Virus record (IMG/VR): IMGVR_UViG_3300046804_000789
Location: 1 to 49,572 of that record
DNA from: a virus
Taxonomy: Duplodnaviria > Caudoviricetes
DNA: 49,572 bases
Reading direction: 5' to 3' (one strand)
Shown here: positions 17,276 through 28,048 of the stretch, in pieces
Numbering within the stretch: position 1 is the stretch's first letter
How the letters are laid out: the number at the start of each line of letters is the position of its first letter
The notes under the pieces: model-generated
Told to the model about the DNA's origin: nothing
Seen by the model: only the letters and a program-made list of their open reading frames with translations
Database searches by the model: none
Position numbers and translations under genes: made by a program

Positions 17276-17911
17276 ATGAACTACACAACTCTTGTAACCC
17301 TATTACAGGATTACACGCAGAACTCTTCGTCTGAGTTCATTGCCGCTATTCCTGAGATTGTGAAGCTGGCTGAGGATCGAATCTATCAATCGGTTCAGAT
17401 CCCGGCTCTCAAGCGCAATGCCACATCGAACTTTGTTTCGGGCAATAAGTATCTGGCGGCTCCCACCGATTTCCTTGCGGCCTATTCAATGGCCGCTAAG
17501 AGCGCAACAGGGGTGTATTCATACCTTCTTGAGAAAGAGGTTGGGTACATCAATGAGGCGTTCCCAGACCCATCTTATACGGGGGTGCCGAGGTATTATG
17601 CCCTATTCAATGATGCGACCTTTGTGGTGTCACCCACGCCGGATGACTTCTATGAAGTAGAACTTCACTACTTCTATGAGCCTCCCAGCATTGTGGAGGC
17701 TGGTAATTCTTGGCTTGGGGATAACACTGAGAGTGTTTTGTTCTATGGGTGTTTGTGTGAAGCATACACCTACATGAAAGGTGACGCTGATCTCACTACC
17801 CTGTATCGTGGCAGGTATGATGAAGCTCTTGGGCGGTTGAAGGTTCTGGGTGAAGGTCAGGATAAGCGGGATAACTTCCGCCTTGATATGCCTAGAATTG
17901 ATCCGAAATAG
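17276..17911 (+). CDS. second adaptor/connector-like structural protein
   Basis: MNYTTLVTLLQDY..LAEDRI..GVPRYYA..PTPD..WLGDN..LFYGCL.EAY.YMKG. Confidence 0.75.
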   Translation: MNYTTLVTLLQDYTQNSSSEFIAAIPEIVKLAEDRIYQSVQIPALKRNATSNFVSGNKYLAAPTDFLAAYSMAAKSATGVYSYLLEKEVGYINEAFPDPSYTGVPRYYALFNDATFVVSPTPDDFYEVELHYFYEPPSIVEAGNSWLGDNTESVLFYGCLCEAYTYMKGDADLTTLYRGRYDEALGRLKVLGEGQDKRDNFRLDMPRIDPK

Positions 17912-17919
17912 GATGAACG

Positions 17920-18357
17920 ATGATTGTTCAGGCGTTTTGCACAAGCTTCAAGAAGCAGCTTCTGGAAGGGGTGCATGATTTTCGGGTCGTTGGCGGCGAT
18001 GTCTTTAAGATTGCGCTGTACACTGAGGCTGCGAACATCAATGTAACGACCTCTCAGTACACCACCACTGGCGAGATCAGTGGCACTGGCTACACCGCTG
18101 GTGGCTTGACGCTGACCAACATTGCTCCGTCTGAATACAATCTGGCTGGGGTTTGTTCGTTTGAGACCGCCACATGGGCTGGCGCTTCGTTCTCGGCGCG
18201 TGGGGCTTTGATCTACAACACCACCCCTGCCCACACATACACAAACCCTGTGTGCTTGGTTCTTGATTTCGGGACCACCCGGTTTGCTGTGAACAACAGC
18301 TTTAGCGTTCAGTTTCCTCAAATCACTGATCTCAGCGCGATTATAAGGATCAATTGA
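17920..18357 (+). CDS. tail-associated structural protein
   Basis: CTSFKKQLLEGVHDF..FKIALYT..GTGYTAGG..ARGALIYN..VLDFG. Confidence 0.75.
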   Translation: MIVQAFCTSFKKQLLEGVHDFRVVGGDVFKIALYTEAANINVTTSQYTTTGEISGTGYTAGGLTLTNIAPSEYNLAGVCSFETATWAGASFSARGALIYNTTPAHTYTNPVCLVLDFGTTRFAVNNSFSVQFPQITDLSAIIRIN

Positions 18358-18358
18358 T

Positions 18359-20260
18359 ATGGCCTTTGTGATTGCAGACCGGGTTCGTGAAAGCAGCGTA
18401 AGCACAGGCACGGGAAACTTCACGCTCGCCGGGGCAGTAACTGGCTATCAGACCTTTGCGTCTGTTATGGCAACAAGCGATACCACTTTTTACACCATTG
18501 CCGACCAGGGTGGCGCTAATTGGGAAGTGGGTATTGGTACATTCACCAGCCCATCTACATTGGCTCGCACAACCATTCTGTCATCCAGCAATGGCGGCAG
18601 CGTTGTCACCTTTGGTGCTGGTACCAAGGATGTGTTCATCAGCCTTCCTGCCAGCAAAACGAATGTTGAAGACCAGCCCAATCTGATTGAGGTTAATAGT
18701 TCTTCAGCAGCCCTTCGTATTACCCAAACAGGCGCTGGCAATGCGCTGCTAGTTGAGGATAGCGCCAATCCTGATGCTACACCGTTTGTTGTAAATGCAA
18801 GTGGTCAGGTTTTGATTGGTAGGACCACTGCTCCATTTGGTTCTACCAGCCTTGGTATTGAACAATCGTCTGCTGATACAGCCCCTTCTAATATAGACTT
18901 CCTCAAAAATCGCGCTGGGGCGATTGTTAATTCTGGTGATGGTTTGGGGCGTATTAGGTTTTGGGGGTATGATGGGGCATCAAATATTGATGCTGCTGAA
19001 ATAGTAGCCGCCGTTGATGGCACCCCCGGCACCAACGATATGCCTGGACGGTTGGTGTTTAACACCACGGCTGATGGGGCTTCCACTGTAACTGAGCGGA
19101 TGCGGATTACTAATGCGGGCAACGTGGGTATTGGGACGGCTTCGCCTGATGCGTTGTTGACTGTAAATACAGTGGCATCATTCGGCGCTGGCGCAGTTGG
19201 CGCTCCGTCTATATCTGCCAAAGGTGACTTAGATACAGGGATGTGGTTTCCGGCGGCTAATACTGCTGCTTTTAGTACTGGCGGCTCCGAGCGCCTCCGC
19301 ATCGACAGCAATGGCAAAGTCGGTATCGGCACCAGTAACCCAGGCGCGCGTTTACAGGTTGATACGGCAACAACTGATGATGGTATCTCCATCACCAACA
19401 CAAGTTCTGCAAACACAACTGCTAAACAGCCTAGGCTTTTGTTTCGCGGTACGGATACTGTTGGAACCGGGAAAGACGTAGCGTCTTTAGTCGTTGTTCC
19501 CGTAACTGCTGATTATGTTAATGCGTCTTTGGCGTTTTATACACGCGGCTCAGATACAAACACCGAACGCATGCGCATCGACAGCAGCGGCAACGTGGGG
19601 ATTGGGACGAGTTCGCCGGGCGGCAAGTTAGGCGTTTCCGATGGAACGGTGCAGATAATTACCGGACCTTATGGGGCGGGGTTAACGGGCTATTTCGGTA
19701 CTTATACGAATCACGTTCTTGCGTTTATTACCAATAACACTGAACGCGCGCGCATCGACACCAGCGGCAATTTGTTGGTGGGGACGACAAGCCGTGGGCC
19801 TGTAAACGCATCCGCGTTTGATTTAGATGTAACGAACAGTGTGATTTATTGTAGCCACGCTAACGGTAAAGCGTCTGGATCAGAGTATATTCAATTTGGA
19901 TATAATGGTTCTGGCATTGGTTCCATTACTCAAAATGGAACTACTGCTGTCGCTTATAACACTTCCTCCGACTACCGCCTTAAGCACGATGTGCAGCCAC
20001 TAACCAGCGGCCTTGCGACTATCGCTGCGTTGAAGCCATACACCTACAAGTGGAATGCCGACAACAGCTACGGCGAAGGCTTCATCGCGCACGAATTGCA
20101 GGCAGTAATTCCGAACGCCGTGACCGGAGAAAAAGATGCGGTCAATGAAGATGGCAGCATCAAGCCGCAGGGCGTTGATTACAGCAAGATCGTGGTTCAC
20201 CTTGTCGCAGCCATTCAAGAATTGTCGGCCAAGGTGGCGGCATTGGAAGGGAAACCATGA
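18359..20260 (+). CDS. tail fibre with C-terminal intramolecular chaperone (peptidase S74-like)
   Basis: Four ER(M/L/A)RI..GN(V/L)G(I/V)GT repeats; SSDYRLKHDV, GFIAHELQ, VDYSKIV..LVAAIQEL coiled coil. Confidence 0.9.
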   Translation: MAFVIADRVRESSVSTGTGNFTLAGAVTGYQTFASVMATSDTTFYTIADQGGANWEVGIGTFTSPSTLARTTILSSSNGGSVVTFGAGTKDVFISLPASKTNVEDQPNLIEVNSSSAALRITQTGAGNALLVEDSANPDATPFVVNASGQVLIGRTTAPFGSTSLGIEQSSADTAPSNIDFLKNRAGAIVNSGDGLGRIRFWGYDGASNIDAAEIVAAVDGTPGTNDMPGRLVFNTTADGASTVTERMRITNAGNVGIGTASPDALLTVNTVASFGAGAVGAPSISAKGDLDTGMWFPAANTAAFSTGGSERLRIDSNGKVGIGTSNPGARLQVDTATTDDGISITNTSSANTTAKQPRLLFRGTDTVGTGKDVASLVVVPVTADYVNASLAFYTRGSDTNTERMRIDSSGNVGIGTSSPGGKLGVSDGTVQIITGPYGAGLTGYFGTYTNHVLAFITNNTERARIDTSGNLLVGTTSRGPVNASAFDLDVTNSVIYCSHANGKASGSEYIQFGYNGSGIGSITQNGTTAVAYNTSSDYRLKHDVQPLTSGLATIAALKPYTYKWNADNSYGEGFIAHELQAVIPNAVTGEKDAVNEDGSIKPQGVDYSKIVVHLVAAIQELSAKVAALEGKP

Positions 20261-20403
20261 AACTTGAACTCACCATCAACGAAGTCAACATGATCCTGCA
20301 AGCGTTGGGCAATGCGCCATACGCGCAGGTCTTTGAACTCGTAGAGAAAATCCGCACCCAGGCGCAGGCACAGGTGCAAACCACGGAGCAAGCAAATGGC
20401 TAA
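20257..20403 (+). CDS. small fibre-associated protein (48 aa, not in the ORF track)
   Basis: Read directly: MKLELTINEVNMILQALGNAPYAQVFELVEKIRTQAQAQVQTTEQANG*; ATGA overlap with the fibre gene. Confidence 0.75.
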   Translation: MKLELTINEVNMILQALGNAPYAQVFELVEKIRTQAQAQVQTTEQANG

Positions 20404-20722
20404 TACCTACACCTGGGTCATTGAGGCGATGGATTGCGTGCCTCAAGAAGACGGGCAAACCGATGTGGTTATCACCGTGCACTGGCGCCAGAACGCCACC
20501 AACGGCACATACAACGCCACCGTGTACGGCACTGTTGGCTTGACCTACACGCCGGGTTCCCCGTTCACGCCGTATGCTGACTTGACGCAGGATCAAGTTA
20601 TTGGCTGGGTGCAGGGTGCGCTTGGCTTCGATCAGTGCGCGGAACTGGCGGCGAACCTTGATCAGCAGATTGCCAATCAGGTAAACCCGCCTGTGGTCAC
20701 TCCTCCTCTTCCTTGGGGGTAA
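20396..20722 (+). CDS. tail fibre-associated/assembly protein
   Basis: TYTWVI..DVVITVHW..FTPYADLTQDQVIGWV..PLPW. Confidence 0.75.
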   Translation: MANTYTWVIEAMDCVPQEDGQTDVVITVHWRQNATNGTYNATVYGTVGLTYTPGSPFTPYADLTQDQVIGWVQGALGFDQCAELAANLDQQIANQVNPPVVTPPLPWG

Positions 20723-20726
20723 TTAG

Positions 20727-21440
20727 ATGTTTGGCTTCTACCCTTTCAGCGGAGCGTCCTTTAGCGGCCTTGCTAATGCTTTCTACGCTGAGAGTGTGTC
20801 TGATGCCATTACACTGTCTGATACTGCCACAAGCACCCTTGCGGGTGTTGCCTCGGCCTCTGACGCCCTTGTCCTAAGCGACACAGCCACTGGCACCTTT
20901 GCCGCCCTTCTGTCTGCTTTTGATACCCTGACCCTGGCTGATACCGGGGTTGGGGTGACGGGCATTTCGGTCTCTGCTTCTGACGCCCTGGCACTCCTTG
21001 ATGCGGCCAATATCGCCTACAACTTCCTTGGGGCAGCATCTGACACCCTCACCTTCACGGATGTCGCCGCTGGCGGAACTGCCTATTTTAACAGCGCATC
21101 CGACACATTAACCTTTACAGAAATCGCAGCAGGAACATTCGCAGCATCTGCCAGTGCATCTGACTCAATAACATTTGTTGACACCGCAACTGGCGTTTTT
21201 GCTGCCACCCTTTCTGCTTCTGACGCCCTTACTTTCACGGATCTTGCCGCAAATATCGCTAGCATGGTTGCCTCTGCTTCGGATACAATCGTGCTTGTGG
21301 ATGTTGGGGCAGGATATGGAGGATGGGATCCAATACCGAATCCGAACCCTGGCTGGACGCCTATCATGCCGGGAGTGTTCGATCCTTGGACGCCCGTCCC
21401 CGCCGTTACTGCAACATGGACACCTATAGGGAATAGCTAA
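20727..21440 (+). CDS. fibre-like structural protein with 20-aa repeats
   Basis: MFGFYPFS N-terminus; nine xSASDxLxxxD repeats; four W(D/T)P(I/V) motifs at the C-terminus. Confidence 0.75.
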   Translation: MFGFYPFSGASFSGLANAFYAESVSDAITLSDTATSTLAGVASASDALVLSDTATGTFAALLSAFDTLTLADTGVGVTGISVSASDALALLDAANIAYNFLGAASDTLTFTDVAAGGTAYFNSASDTLTFTEIAAGTFAASASASDSITFVDTATGVFAATLSASDALTFTDLAANIASMVASASDTIVLVDVGAGYGGWDPIPNPNPGWTPIMPGVFDPWTPVPAVTATWTPIGNS

Positions 21441-21441
21441 C

Positions 21442-21990
21442 ATGAACCCCAAAGACACTATCGAGATCACTGACGGGGCTGCTGCGGGTCTAGTGGCCCG
21501 TCATGATGCCTCGGATGTCATTGGTATTGGCGGCGCCTTCAAGGTGGTGTGCCGGGCTGCTGATGGCTCTATTCGATGGGAAGATGACTTCAACAACCTT
21601 GTCGTCACGGTTGGCAAGAATGACCTGTTGGATAAGTATTTCCTTGGGTCTGGTTACACCGCCGCCTTCTTTGTTGGCTTGAAGACCGCTGGCTCGATCA
21701 GCGCGGCTGACACAATGTCATCGAAGTCATGGACCGAGATCACGGCTTATTCAAATGCCACTCGCCCAGCATACACTGCCGCCTCGGCTTCTGCTGGCGC
21801 CACCAACAATAATGCCTCGCCTGCGGTGTTTAACATCAACGGCACGGCTACGGTGGGCGGATGCTTTATTACCACCAACAACACCAAGGGCGGCACCACA
21901 GGCATCCTGTTCTCAGCCGCTGACTTTGCTGTGGCTCGCTCTGTTTTGAGCGGTGACACGCTGACCGTCACTTACTCCATCTCTTGCTGA
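21442..21990 (+). CDS. virion structural protein
   Basis: WEDDFNNLVVTVGKN..WTE..Y..RP..GILFSAADF..V.SGDTL.VTY. Confidence 0.75.
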   Translation: MNPKDTIEITDGAAAGLVARHDASDVIGIGGAFKVVCRAADGSIRWEDDFNNLVVTVGKNDLLDKYFLGSGYTAAFFVGLKTAGSISAADTMSSKSWTEITAYSNATRPAYTAASASAGATNNNASPAVFNINGTATVGGCFITTNNTKGGTTGILFSAADFAVARSVLSGDTLTVTYSISC

Positions 21991-22001
21991 GGGTAGGGTA
22001 G

Positions 22002-23111
22002 ATGCCCAGTACATATTCAACCGCCCTGCGGCTTGAGCTTATCGGCAACGGTGAGCAGGCGGCGAACTGGGGCAATACAACCAACACTAACCTCGGCACC
22101 CTGCTTGAGCAGGCGATTACGGGCGTATCAACGATCACCATGACTGATGCCAACTACACGTTGGTAAGCGGTAATGGTATTTCGGACCAAGCCCGTAATG
22201 CTGTTGTGATTATGTCAGGCACTCTTACTGCCACCCGCAACGTGATTGTGCCTACGAGTAACAAGTTTTATGCGGTGCGTAACGCCACTACTGGTGGTCA
22301 AAGCATTCTAGTTAAAACCTCCGCTGGCACTGGCGTCACCCTGGCTAATGGCTTTACCCAGCTAATGTATTGTGACGGCACCAATGTTGTGTTGGCTTCT
22401 GTGCCTATTAACTCAAGCAACGGCAATGTTGCTGTTTCAGGCACACTGGCTGTTACAAGTAACACCACGGTTGGCGGTGATCTTGCTGTAACTGGCACAA
22501 TTACTCAGGGCGGTGGGTCTATCTTCCCTGCTGGTATTATCTGGGAGTATGGTGGATCTTCTGCGCCAACTGGCTGGCTTTTGTGTGACGGCTCCGCTGT
22601 AAGCCGTACAACTTACGCTGCGCTGTTCGCTGTTCTTGGTACCGCTTATGGCTCTGGTGACGGTTCAACAACCTTCAATGTTCCAGACAAGCGCGGCAAG
22701 TTTGGTATCGGTGTTGATGGAACCTACACCCGTGGTTCAACTGGCGGCGCCGCATCTGGAACAACCTCAACCGCAGGGTCGCACAACCACACCGGGTCGT
22801 CTGGTTCAACCACTCTTACTACGGCCCAAATACCCGCGCACAGCCACTCTGTAACCGACCCAGGCCACGTTCATGCCATTCGTACTGGTGGTGATAGTGG
22901 TTATGGCGGGGGTGTCAATTCAGGTGTTGATTTGCTTTCTCCTCTTTCTTTTAGAGGAGAAATCTCAGCTTCTTCATCTACCGGGATTAGCATTCAAAAC
23001 ACAGGCGGCGGGTCTGGCCACGATCACTCCATCAGCACGGATGGATCACACACCCACACCGTAGCAACGGTGCCGCCGTACTTGGCCTCTAACTTCATCA
23101 TCAAGACGTAA
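22002..23111 (+). CDS. tail fibre protein with collar domain
   Basis: [52 protein letters not shown]; HxH repeats; [12 protein letters not shown]. Confidence 0.9.
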   Translation: MPSTYSTALRLELIGNGEQAANWGNTTNTNLGTLLEQAITGVSTITMTDANYTLVSGNGISDQARNAVVIMSGTLTATRNVIVPTSNKFYAVRNATTGGQSILVKTSAGTGVTLANGFTQLMYCDGTNVVLASVPINSSNGNVAVSGTLAVTSNTTVGGDLAVTGTITQGGGSIFPAGIIWEYGGSSAPTGWLLCDGSAVSRTTYAALFAVLGTAYGSGDGSTTFNVPDKRGKFGIGVDGTYTRGSTGGAASGTTSTAGSHNHTGSSGSTTLTTAQIPAHSHSVTDPGHVHAIRTGGDSGYGGGVNSGVDLLSPLSFRGEISASSSTGISIQNTGGGSGHDHSISTDGSHTHTVATVPPYLASNFIIKT

Positions 23112-23112
23112 G

Positions 23113-25194
23113 ATGCCACTCAAGAAGCTCCAATTCACCCCAGGCGTCCAGCATGACGGATCTCGGTATTCGTCGTCTGGCTCTTGGTCTGATGCGGATA
23201 AGGTTCGATTTCGTGCTGGTTCGCCGGAAAAGATTGGCGGATGGCAAGCCGCGATCATTGAGACATTCGAAGGAACGTGCCGTAATCTAATGCCATTCTC
23301 GGATCTGACCGGGAACTATTACCTTGGTATTGGCACGAACCTTAAATACTACATTGAGCGCGGCGGCTCGATGTATGACATCACGCCAAACCGCACGACA
23401 ATTACTCAATCAAACCCATTCACCACAACGAATGGATCAACCACCGTTCTTGTCACAATTCCAAACCACGGCGCTTATACAAACGATTTCGTTACATTTT
23501 CTGGAGCCAGTGCTGTTGGCGGTCTCACCTTAAATGGTGAGTATCAGATTACTGAGGTTATCACCTCGGCAACCTTCAACATTACGGCAGCGTCTGCGGC
23601 CACATCATCCGCCACCGGGGGTGGATCTGTAACGGCTGTATTCCAAATCAACACTGGCTTGGACACCACCCTATACGCAAACGGCTGGGGAGCCGGAACC
23701 TGGGGCGGCATTCTTTCTGCAACCAGTGCGCGTTTCACAGGGTCTATCAGCGGCACTACTCTGACCGTAAGTGCGGTTGTCTCTGGAACCCTGGCTGTGG
23801 GGCAGTTGATTACAGGCACTGGCGTTTCCGCCAGCCCTCCCGGATCAAACGCTACATACATCACGGCTCTTGGCACAGGCACAGGCGGTGTTGGCACCTA
23901 CACGGTAGGTGTATCTCAGACCGTATCTTCGACCTCTATGAACGCCTTTGCTGGGACGGGTTGGGGTGCGGCATCTAACACTCAGATTGCTGGTACACGA
24001 TTGAGGCTTTGGTCTGCTGATAACTTTGGGCAAGATCTAGTCATCAACCCGCGCGATGCGGCTATTTATTACTGGTCCAATGCAACTGGTCTTGGAACCA
24101 GGGCTGTGCTGTTGTCATCTTTAGCTGGCGCATCAAATGTGCCGGGTGTTTCAAGACAAGTTATCGTGTCTGATTTGGACAGGAAGGTTATTGCCTTTGG
24201 GTGTTCAGACATTGTTACCGGGGTTCAGGATCGTCTGTTAATTCGTTGGTCTGACACAGAAAACCCGGCACAATGGACGCCGTCTGAAACCAATTCCGCT
24301 GGCGGGTTGCGTATTCCAACTGGCTCTGAGTTTATCTCTGCGGTTGAAACCAAGCAGGAGATCTTGGTTTGGACGGATGACTCTGTTCATTCCCTTCGAT
24401 ATGTCGGTGCGCCGTTTGAATACACAATCGCGCGTATTGGTATGACATCTCTTGCGGCACCCAACGCGGTTGTCTCAGCAAACGACATTGTGTTCTGGAT
24501 GGGTGCCAATGGGTTCTTCACCTGGGATGGCCGTCTGTCTGGATTGCCATGTTCCGTGAAGGATTATGTCTTCAATAATCTTAATTGGAACCAAGCCGAG
24601 AAGATTTATGGCGGTTCCAATATGTCATTCAATGAGGTGTGGTGGTTCTATCCATCATTGAACTCAGATGAGAATGATAGGTATGTTCTCTATAACTACA
24701 ATGAAAAGGTCTGGAGTGTAGGAACGATTGTTCGTACTGCGTGGATTGACCGTGGGATTGAGGACTACCCCCGCGCCGCAGGCGTTGATGGGTATGTTTA
24801 TTTCCACGAGATTGGTCAGGATGATGGCTCAACCAACCCATACTCTCCGATTGATGCCTACATTGAGAGCGCGCCAGTTGAGATTGGCGAAGGTGAGCAG
24901 TTTGGTTTTGCTTGGCGTATGATCCCTGACTTGGATTTCAGGAATAGTTCGTCTGCCAGCCCAACGGTGGATTTCATCCTTGAGGCGCAGGATTACTCAG
25001 GATCGAACTTCAGTCAGTCTGCCAACAATAACACAACCCTCACGGCTACAATTCCTGTGGCTCAGTTCACTGAGCAAACCTACTTCAGGATTAGGGGCAG
25101 AATGCTATCCCTTAAGGTCAGGAGTACTGAGCTTGGTGTGGCTTGGAGGCTGGGTGTTCCTCGCGTTGATATTAGGTCGGATGGCCGGAGATGA
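23113..25194 (+). CDS. tail nozzle / stabilisation protein (P22 gp10, T7 gp12 analogue)
   Basis: 693 aa beta-rich; [33 protein letters not shown]; precedes the ejection genes. Confidence 0.8.
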   Translation: MPLKKLQFTPGVQHDGSRYSSSGSWSDADKVRFRAGSPEKIGGWQAAIIETFEGTCRNLMPFSDLTGNYYLGIGTNLKYYIERGGSMYDITPNRTTITQSNPFTTTNGSTTVLVTIPNHGAYTNDFVTFSGASAVGGLTLNGEYQITEVITSATFNITAASAATSSATGGGSVTAVFQINTGLDTTLYANGWGAGTWGGILSATSARFTGSISGTTLTVSAVVSGTLAVGQLITGTGVSASPPGSNATYITALGTGTGGVGTYTVGVSQTVSSTSMNAFAGTGWGAASNTQIAGTRLRLWSADNFGQDLVINPRDAAIYYWSNATGLGTRAVLLSSLAGASNVPGVSRQVIVSDLDRKVIAFGCSDIVTGVQDRLLIRWSDTENPAQWTPSETNSAGGLRIPTGSEFISAVETKQEILVWTDDSVHSLRYVGAPFEYTIARIGMTSLAAPNAVVSANDIVFWMGANGFFTWDGRLSGLPCSVKDYVFNNLNWNQAEKIYGGSNMSFNEVWWFYPSLNSDENDRYVLYNYNEKVWSVGTIVRTAWIDRGIEDYPRAAGVDGYVYFHEIGQDDGSTNPYSPIDAYIESAPVEIGEGEQFGFAWRMIPDLDFRNSSSASPTVDFILEAQDYSGSNFSQSANNNTTLTATIPVAQFTEQTYFRIRGRMLSLKVRSTELGVAWRLGVPRVDIRSDGRR

Positions 25195-25766
25195 GGCTGG
25201 GAAGAACACGCCTTCCTATTCCGCCTCCTGACTTCGAGCGGGAGTGGGGTAATCAACTTATCCGGGCGATTGACCAGAACTTTGATGCGTCCTTTGCGAA
25301 CATCGAGAATGCCGCTGCGGTAACGGGGTATTACGGGTCGTTCTATGATACCACCACCCAGACCGCTGCGGCGATCAACACCCCCTATGCGATGACCTTT
25401 AACACCACGGCTGAGTCAAATCAGATTGCCGTGACAAATAGTTCTCGCATTACCTTCAAGAATCGTGGGACATACAACATCCAGTTCTCGGCACAGTTGG
25501 ATCAGACATCAGGTGCCAGCCATAACATCTATATATGGTTTAGGAAGAACGGTGTTGATATACCTTACTCAGCCTCTCTTGTCGCCGTTCAAGGTACCAC
25601 CGCTGAGTTGGTGGCAGCTTGGAACTTTGTGATCACCGTCCTTGGTGGTGATTACATTCAGATCATGTGGGCTGTCAGTAACACGGCGGTACAGATTGTA
25701 GCTGCCCCAGCAACAGCCTTCTGTCCTGCAATTCCTTCTGTTATAGCTACAGCAATCGCAATCTGA
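25191..25766 (+). CDS. structural protein with C-terminal beta-sandwich (C1q/BclA-like)
   Basis: LPIPPPDF N-terminus; [26 protein letters not shown]. Confidence 0.65.
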   Translation: MRLGRTRLPIPPPDFEREWGNQLIRAIDQNFDASFANIENAAAVTGYYGSFYDTTTQTAAAINTPYAMTFNTTAESNQIAVTNSSRITFKNRGTYNIQFSAQLDQTSGASHNIYIWFRKNGVDIPYSASLVAVQGTTAELVAAWNFVITVLGGDYIQIMWAVSNTAVQIVAAPATAFCPAIPSVIATAIAI

Positions 25767-25776
25767 GGATCATGTC

Positions 25777-27087
25777 ATGGAACGCACAGCACGAGCTTTA
25801 GCTGGGTACGGGCGGCACGGGGATAACAACCTCCTCCATGTCAGCGATCAGGAGCTTCGTGGCATTGAGCTTCTGTCTGGAAAGAAGTTCACCCGCAATC
25901 CAGATACAGGTTTGCCGGAGGCGTTTAATTGGTCTTCTCTAATTCCTGTGGCTGCTGGTATTGCTGGCACAGTTTTAAGTGGCGGGAACCCCCTGGTTGG
26001 AGCCGCTGCCGCTGGTGCAACCAGCGCGGGGAAGGCCAAGATTGAGGGCAAATCAAACGAACAGGCTTTGACCCAGGGTTTGATCAGTGGCGTGACGAGT
26101 TATGCTGGCGGAAGTTTGCTTGGGGAGGCTGCGAATATCGGCGCGGCTGAAGCTGCATCCCAAGGCACTATGCTTGGCCCTGCCGTTCCAGATGCTGCCG
26201 CTCAAGCCGCCAATCAAAGCGCCGCTGCGGCCCCAATTCCGGCTGAGGTTGCAGCAACAACTCCTGGCTTACCGCCTCCGGCTGGTGGAATGCCTCAAAT
26301 CCCAGCTTCTATGCAGCCTGGGGTTCCATCAGCGCCTTCCTATGAAGAAGCTTTAAAATCCATTGAAGCTGGGCAGGCAGCAAAAGTTGCCCAGCCATCT
26401 TTTTCTGAGAGGCTGTCCAATATCGGGACTGCTGTTTCGGAGCGACCCGGTGAAGTCGGCAAAGCTTTCCTTAGCCCCAAGGGGGCTATTGCAGCCGCTG
26501 GCGCGTATTCAACAGCAATGGATATGTTTGGCCCACCCAAGATGCCGGGTGAGATCCCGTATGATCCAAGCAAATATCCAGAACAATTTCCGGTAAACCC
26601 CCGCACATGGAACGCCCCTCCTGTCGGGTATCAGCCGGGCTATTCACCTGAGTATCGGTACTTCGCCAAGGGTGGTTTGGCGGATCTCCGCAAAGAAGAT
26701 GGTGTCACCGCCAATGTGATGAATGAAGCCAAGGCAGCTCTTCTTGGTGAGCATCCCCGCCCAAGCGAGGCCCTGGGGCGGTTCAGGAATATGTTTGGGG
26801 AAGATGCCTTGGATGTTCTCCGTGACAAGGTAACTGGCGGCAGGGTTCGTGGGGCAGGGGGTGGTATGGATGACCTCGTTCCCGGCACCATTGAAGGTCG
26901 CCAACAGGTTCGCCTTGCGGATGGGGAGTTTGTTTTGCCAGCCCACATTGTCTCTGCAATCGGGGACGGCTCTACTGACCATGGTGTTCGCCGCCTGAAG
27001 GAAATGATGGATTCGATCTACAGGCAAAAATACAAATCAGACTCATTACCAAAGCGCCTTAAAAAGGGAACGCTTGTAGATGAGTGA
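25777..27087 (+). CDS. putative internal virion/ejection protein
   Basis: GRHGD..LLHV, NPDTGLPEAF, Gly/Ala hydrophobic stretch, FAKGG, GAGGGMDDLVP..RLADGEFVLPA. Confidence 0.7.
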   Translation: MERTARALAGYGRHGDNNLLHVSDQELRGIELLSGKKFTRNPDTGLPEAFNWSSLIPVAAGIAGTVLSGGNPLVGAAAAGATSAGKAKIEGKSNEQALTQGLISGVTSYAGGSLLGEAANIGAAEAASQGTMLGPAVPDAAAQAANQSAAAAPIPAEVAATTPGLPPPAGGMPQIPASMQPGVPSAPSYEEALKSIEAGQAAKVAQPSFSERLSNIGTAVSERPGEVGKAFLSPKGAIAAAGAYSTAMDMFGPPKMPGEIPYDPSKYPEQFPVNPRTWNAPPVGYQPGYSPEYRYFAKGGLADLRKEDGVTANVMNEAKAALLGEHPRPSEALGRFRNMFGEDALDVLRDKVTGGRVRGAGGGMDDLVPGTIEGRQQVRLADGEFVLPAHIVSAIGDGSTDHGVRRLKEMMDSIYRQKYKSDSLPKRLKKGTLVDE

Positions 27088-27637
27088 ACGTGGTGCCAGA
27101 TATATTGCTATGCTGCGCGGGGAAAGATTCTATTTTTCCTCAAAGCCCTGCAAGCGCGGCCATATGTCTGAACGCCTTACCGACAACGGCGTCTGTGTTG
27201 AATGTCGCCGCGCGTTGGAGCGTGATAAGTACAAAGAAAGGTATGAGTTAAAAATCAAGCCGCGCCGTACAAAGCCAGAGGAGAAGGCAAAGGCTGCTAA
27301 AAAGATGGCAGAAATTAGAGCCAAGTGGTCGGATGATCAAATTGCTGCACATAGAGATGCTGCAAAAATCAGGTCTCGGGTTTGGCGGCAAAATAACCCT
27401 GCCCACAGGAATGCGCTCAAAAGGAAATACATAGCAGACAAGGGCAACAGAACACCAAAATGGGCAGACCTTACCCGAATACTGGAGATTTATAAGGGTT
27501 GCCCGGAAGGGTATCATGTTGATCACATTGTCCCGCTACGGGCAAAGAATGTTTCCGGCCTTCACGTTCATTACAATCTTCAGTATCTTCCTGCTATTGA
27601 TAATATGAGGAAGAATAACAGGTTTGATTTACCATGA
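27080..27637 (+). CDS. HNH homing endonuclease
   Basis: PCKRGH..CVEC, TPKWAD, YHVDHIVPL..VSGLHVHYNLQYL...N..KNN. Confidence 0.92.
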   Translation: MSERGARYIAMLRGERFYFSSKPCKRGHMSERLTDNGVCVECRRALERDKYKERYELKIKPRRTKPEEKAKAAKKMAEIRAKWSDDQIAAHRDAAKIRSRVWRQNNPAHRNALKRKYIADKGNRTPKWADLTRILEIYKGCPEGYHVDHIVPLRAKNVSGLHVHYNLQYLPAIDNMRKNNRFDLP

Positions 27638-28047
27638 ATGTGAGCTTGGTTCCCATAGATCATGTCAATGATGTTTGGGATAAAGTTAAAGAGTACCTAT
27701 TACCTGCTGTAAAGGTTACAAATGGCAGGTATATGTTGTACGATGTTTATGTTGCAGTGCAACAAGGCAGGATGCAGTTGTGGATTGCCTTTGATGACCA
27801 GAATGAGATCCTTGGTTGTCAGGTAACCACGGTCACGGACTACCCCTCCAGGCGCCTTCTGACCTCTTGGTTCACCGGAGGGAAACGGCTCCGGGAATGG
27901 AGAGATGAAATGATGGGTGTTCTTATTCGCTGGGCAGAAGATAATGAATGCACAGGGATTGAGGGCTATGGTAGAAAAGGTTGGATTAAAATGCTGGAGC
28001 CTTACGGGGTGAAAGAGAACCTGATCATGTTTGAGAAGGAACTGTAA
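27634..28047 (+). CDS. GNAT-fold protein (T7 gp13-like internal virion protein A analogue)
   Basis: QLWIAF, YPSRR.L...FTGG, WAEDNECTGIEGYGRKGW; sits directly before an ejection gene. Confidence 0.65.
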   Translation: MNVSLVPIDHVNDVWDKVKEYLLPAVKVTNGRYMLYDVYVAVQQGRMQLWIAFDDQNEILGCQVTTVTDYPSRRLLTSWFTGGKRLREWRDEMMGVLIRWAEDNECTGIEGYGRKGWIKMLEPYGVKENLIMFEKEL

Positions 28048-28048
28048 G

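Noticed and set aside
18359-23111. Diversity-generating retroelement acting on the fibres
   Set aside because: No reverse transcriptase and no template/variable repeat pair differing at adenines was seen
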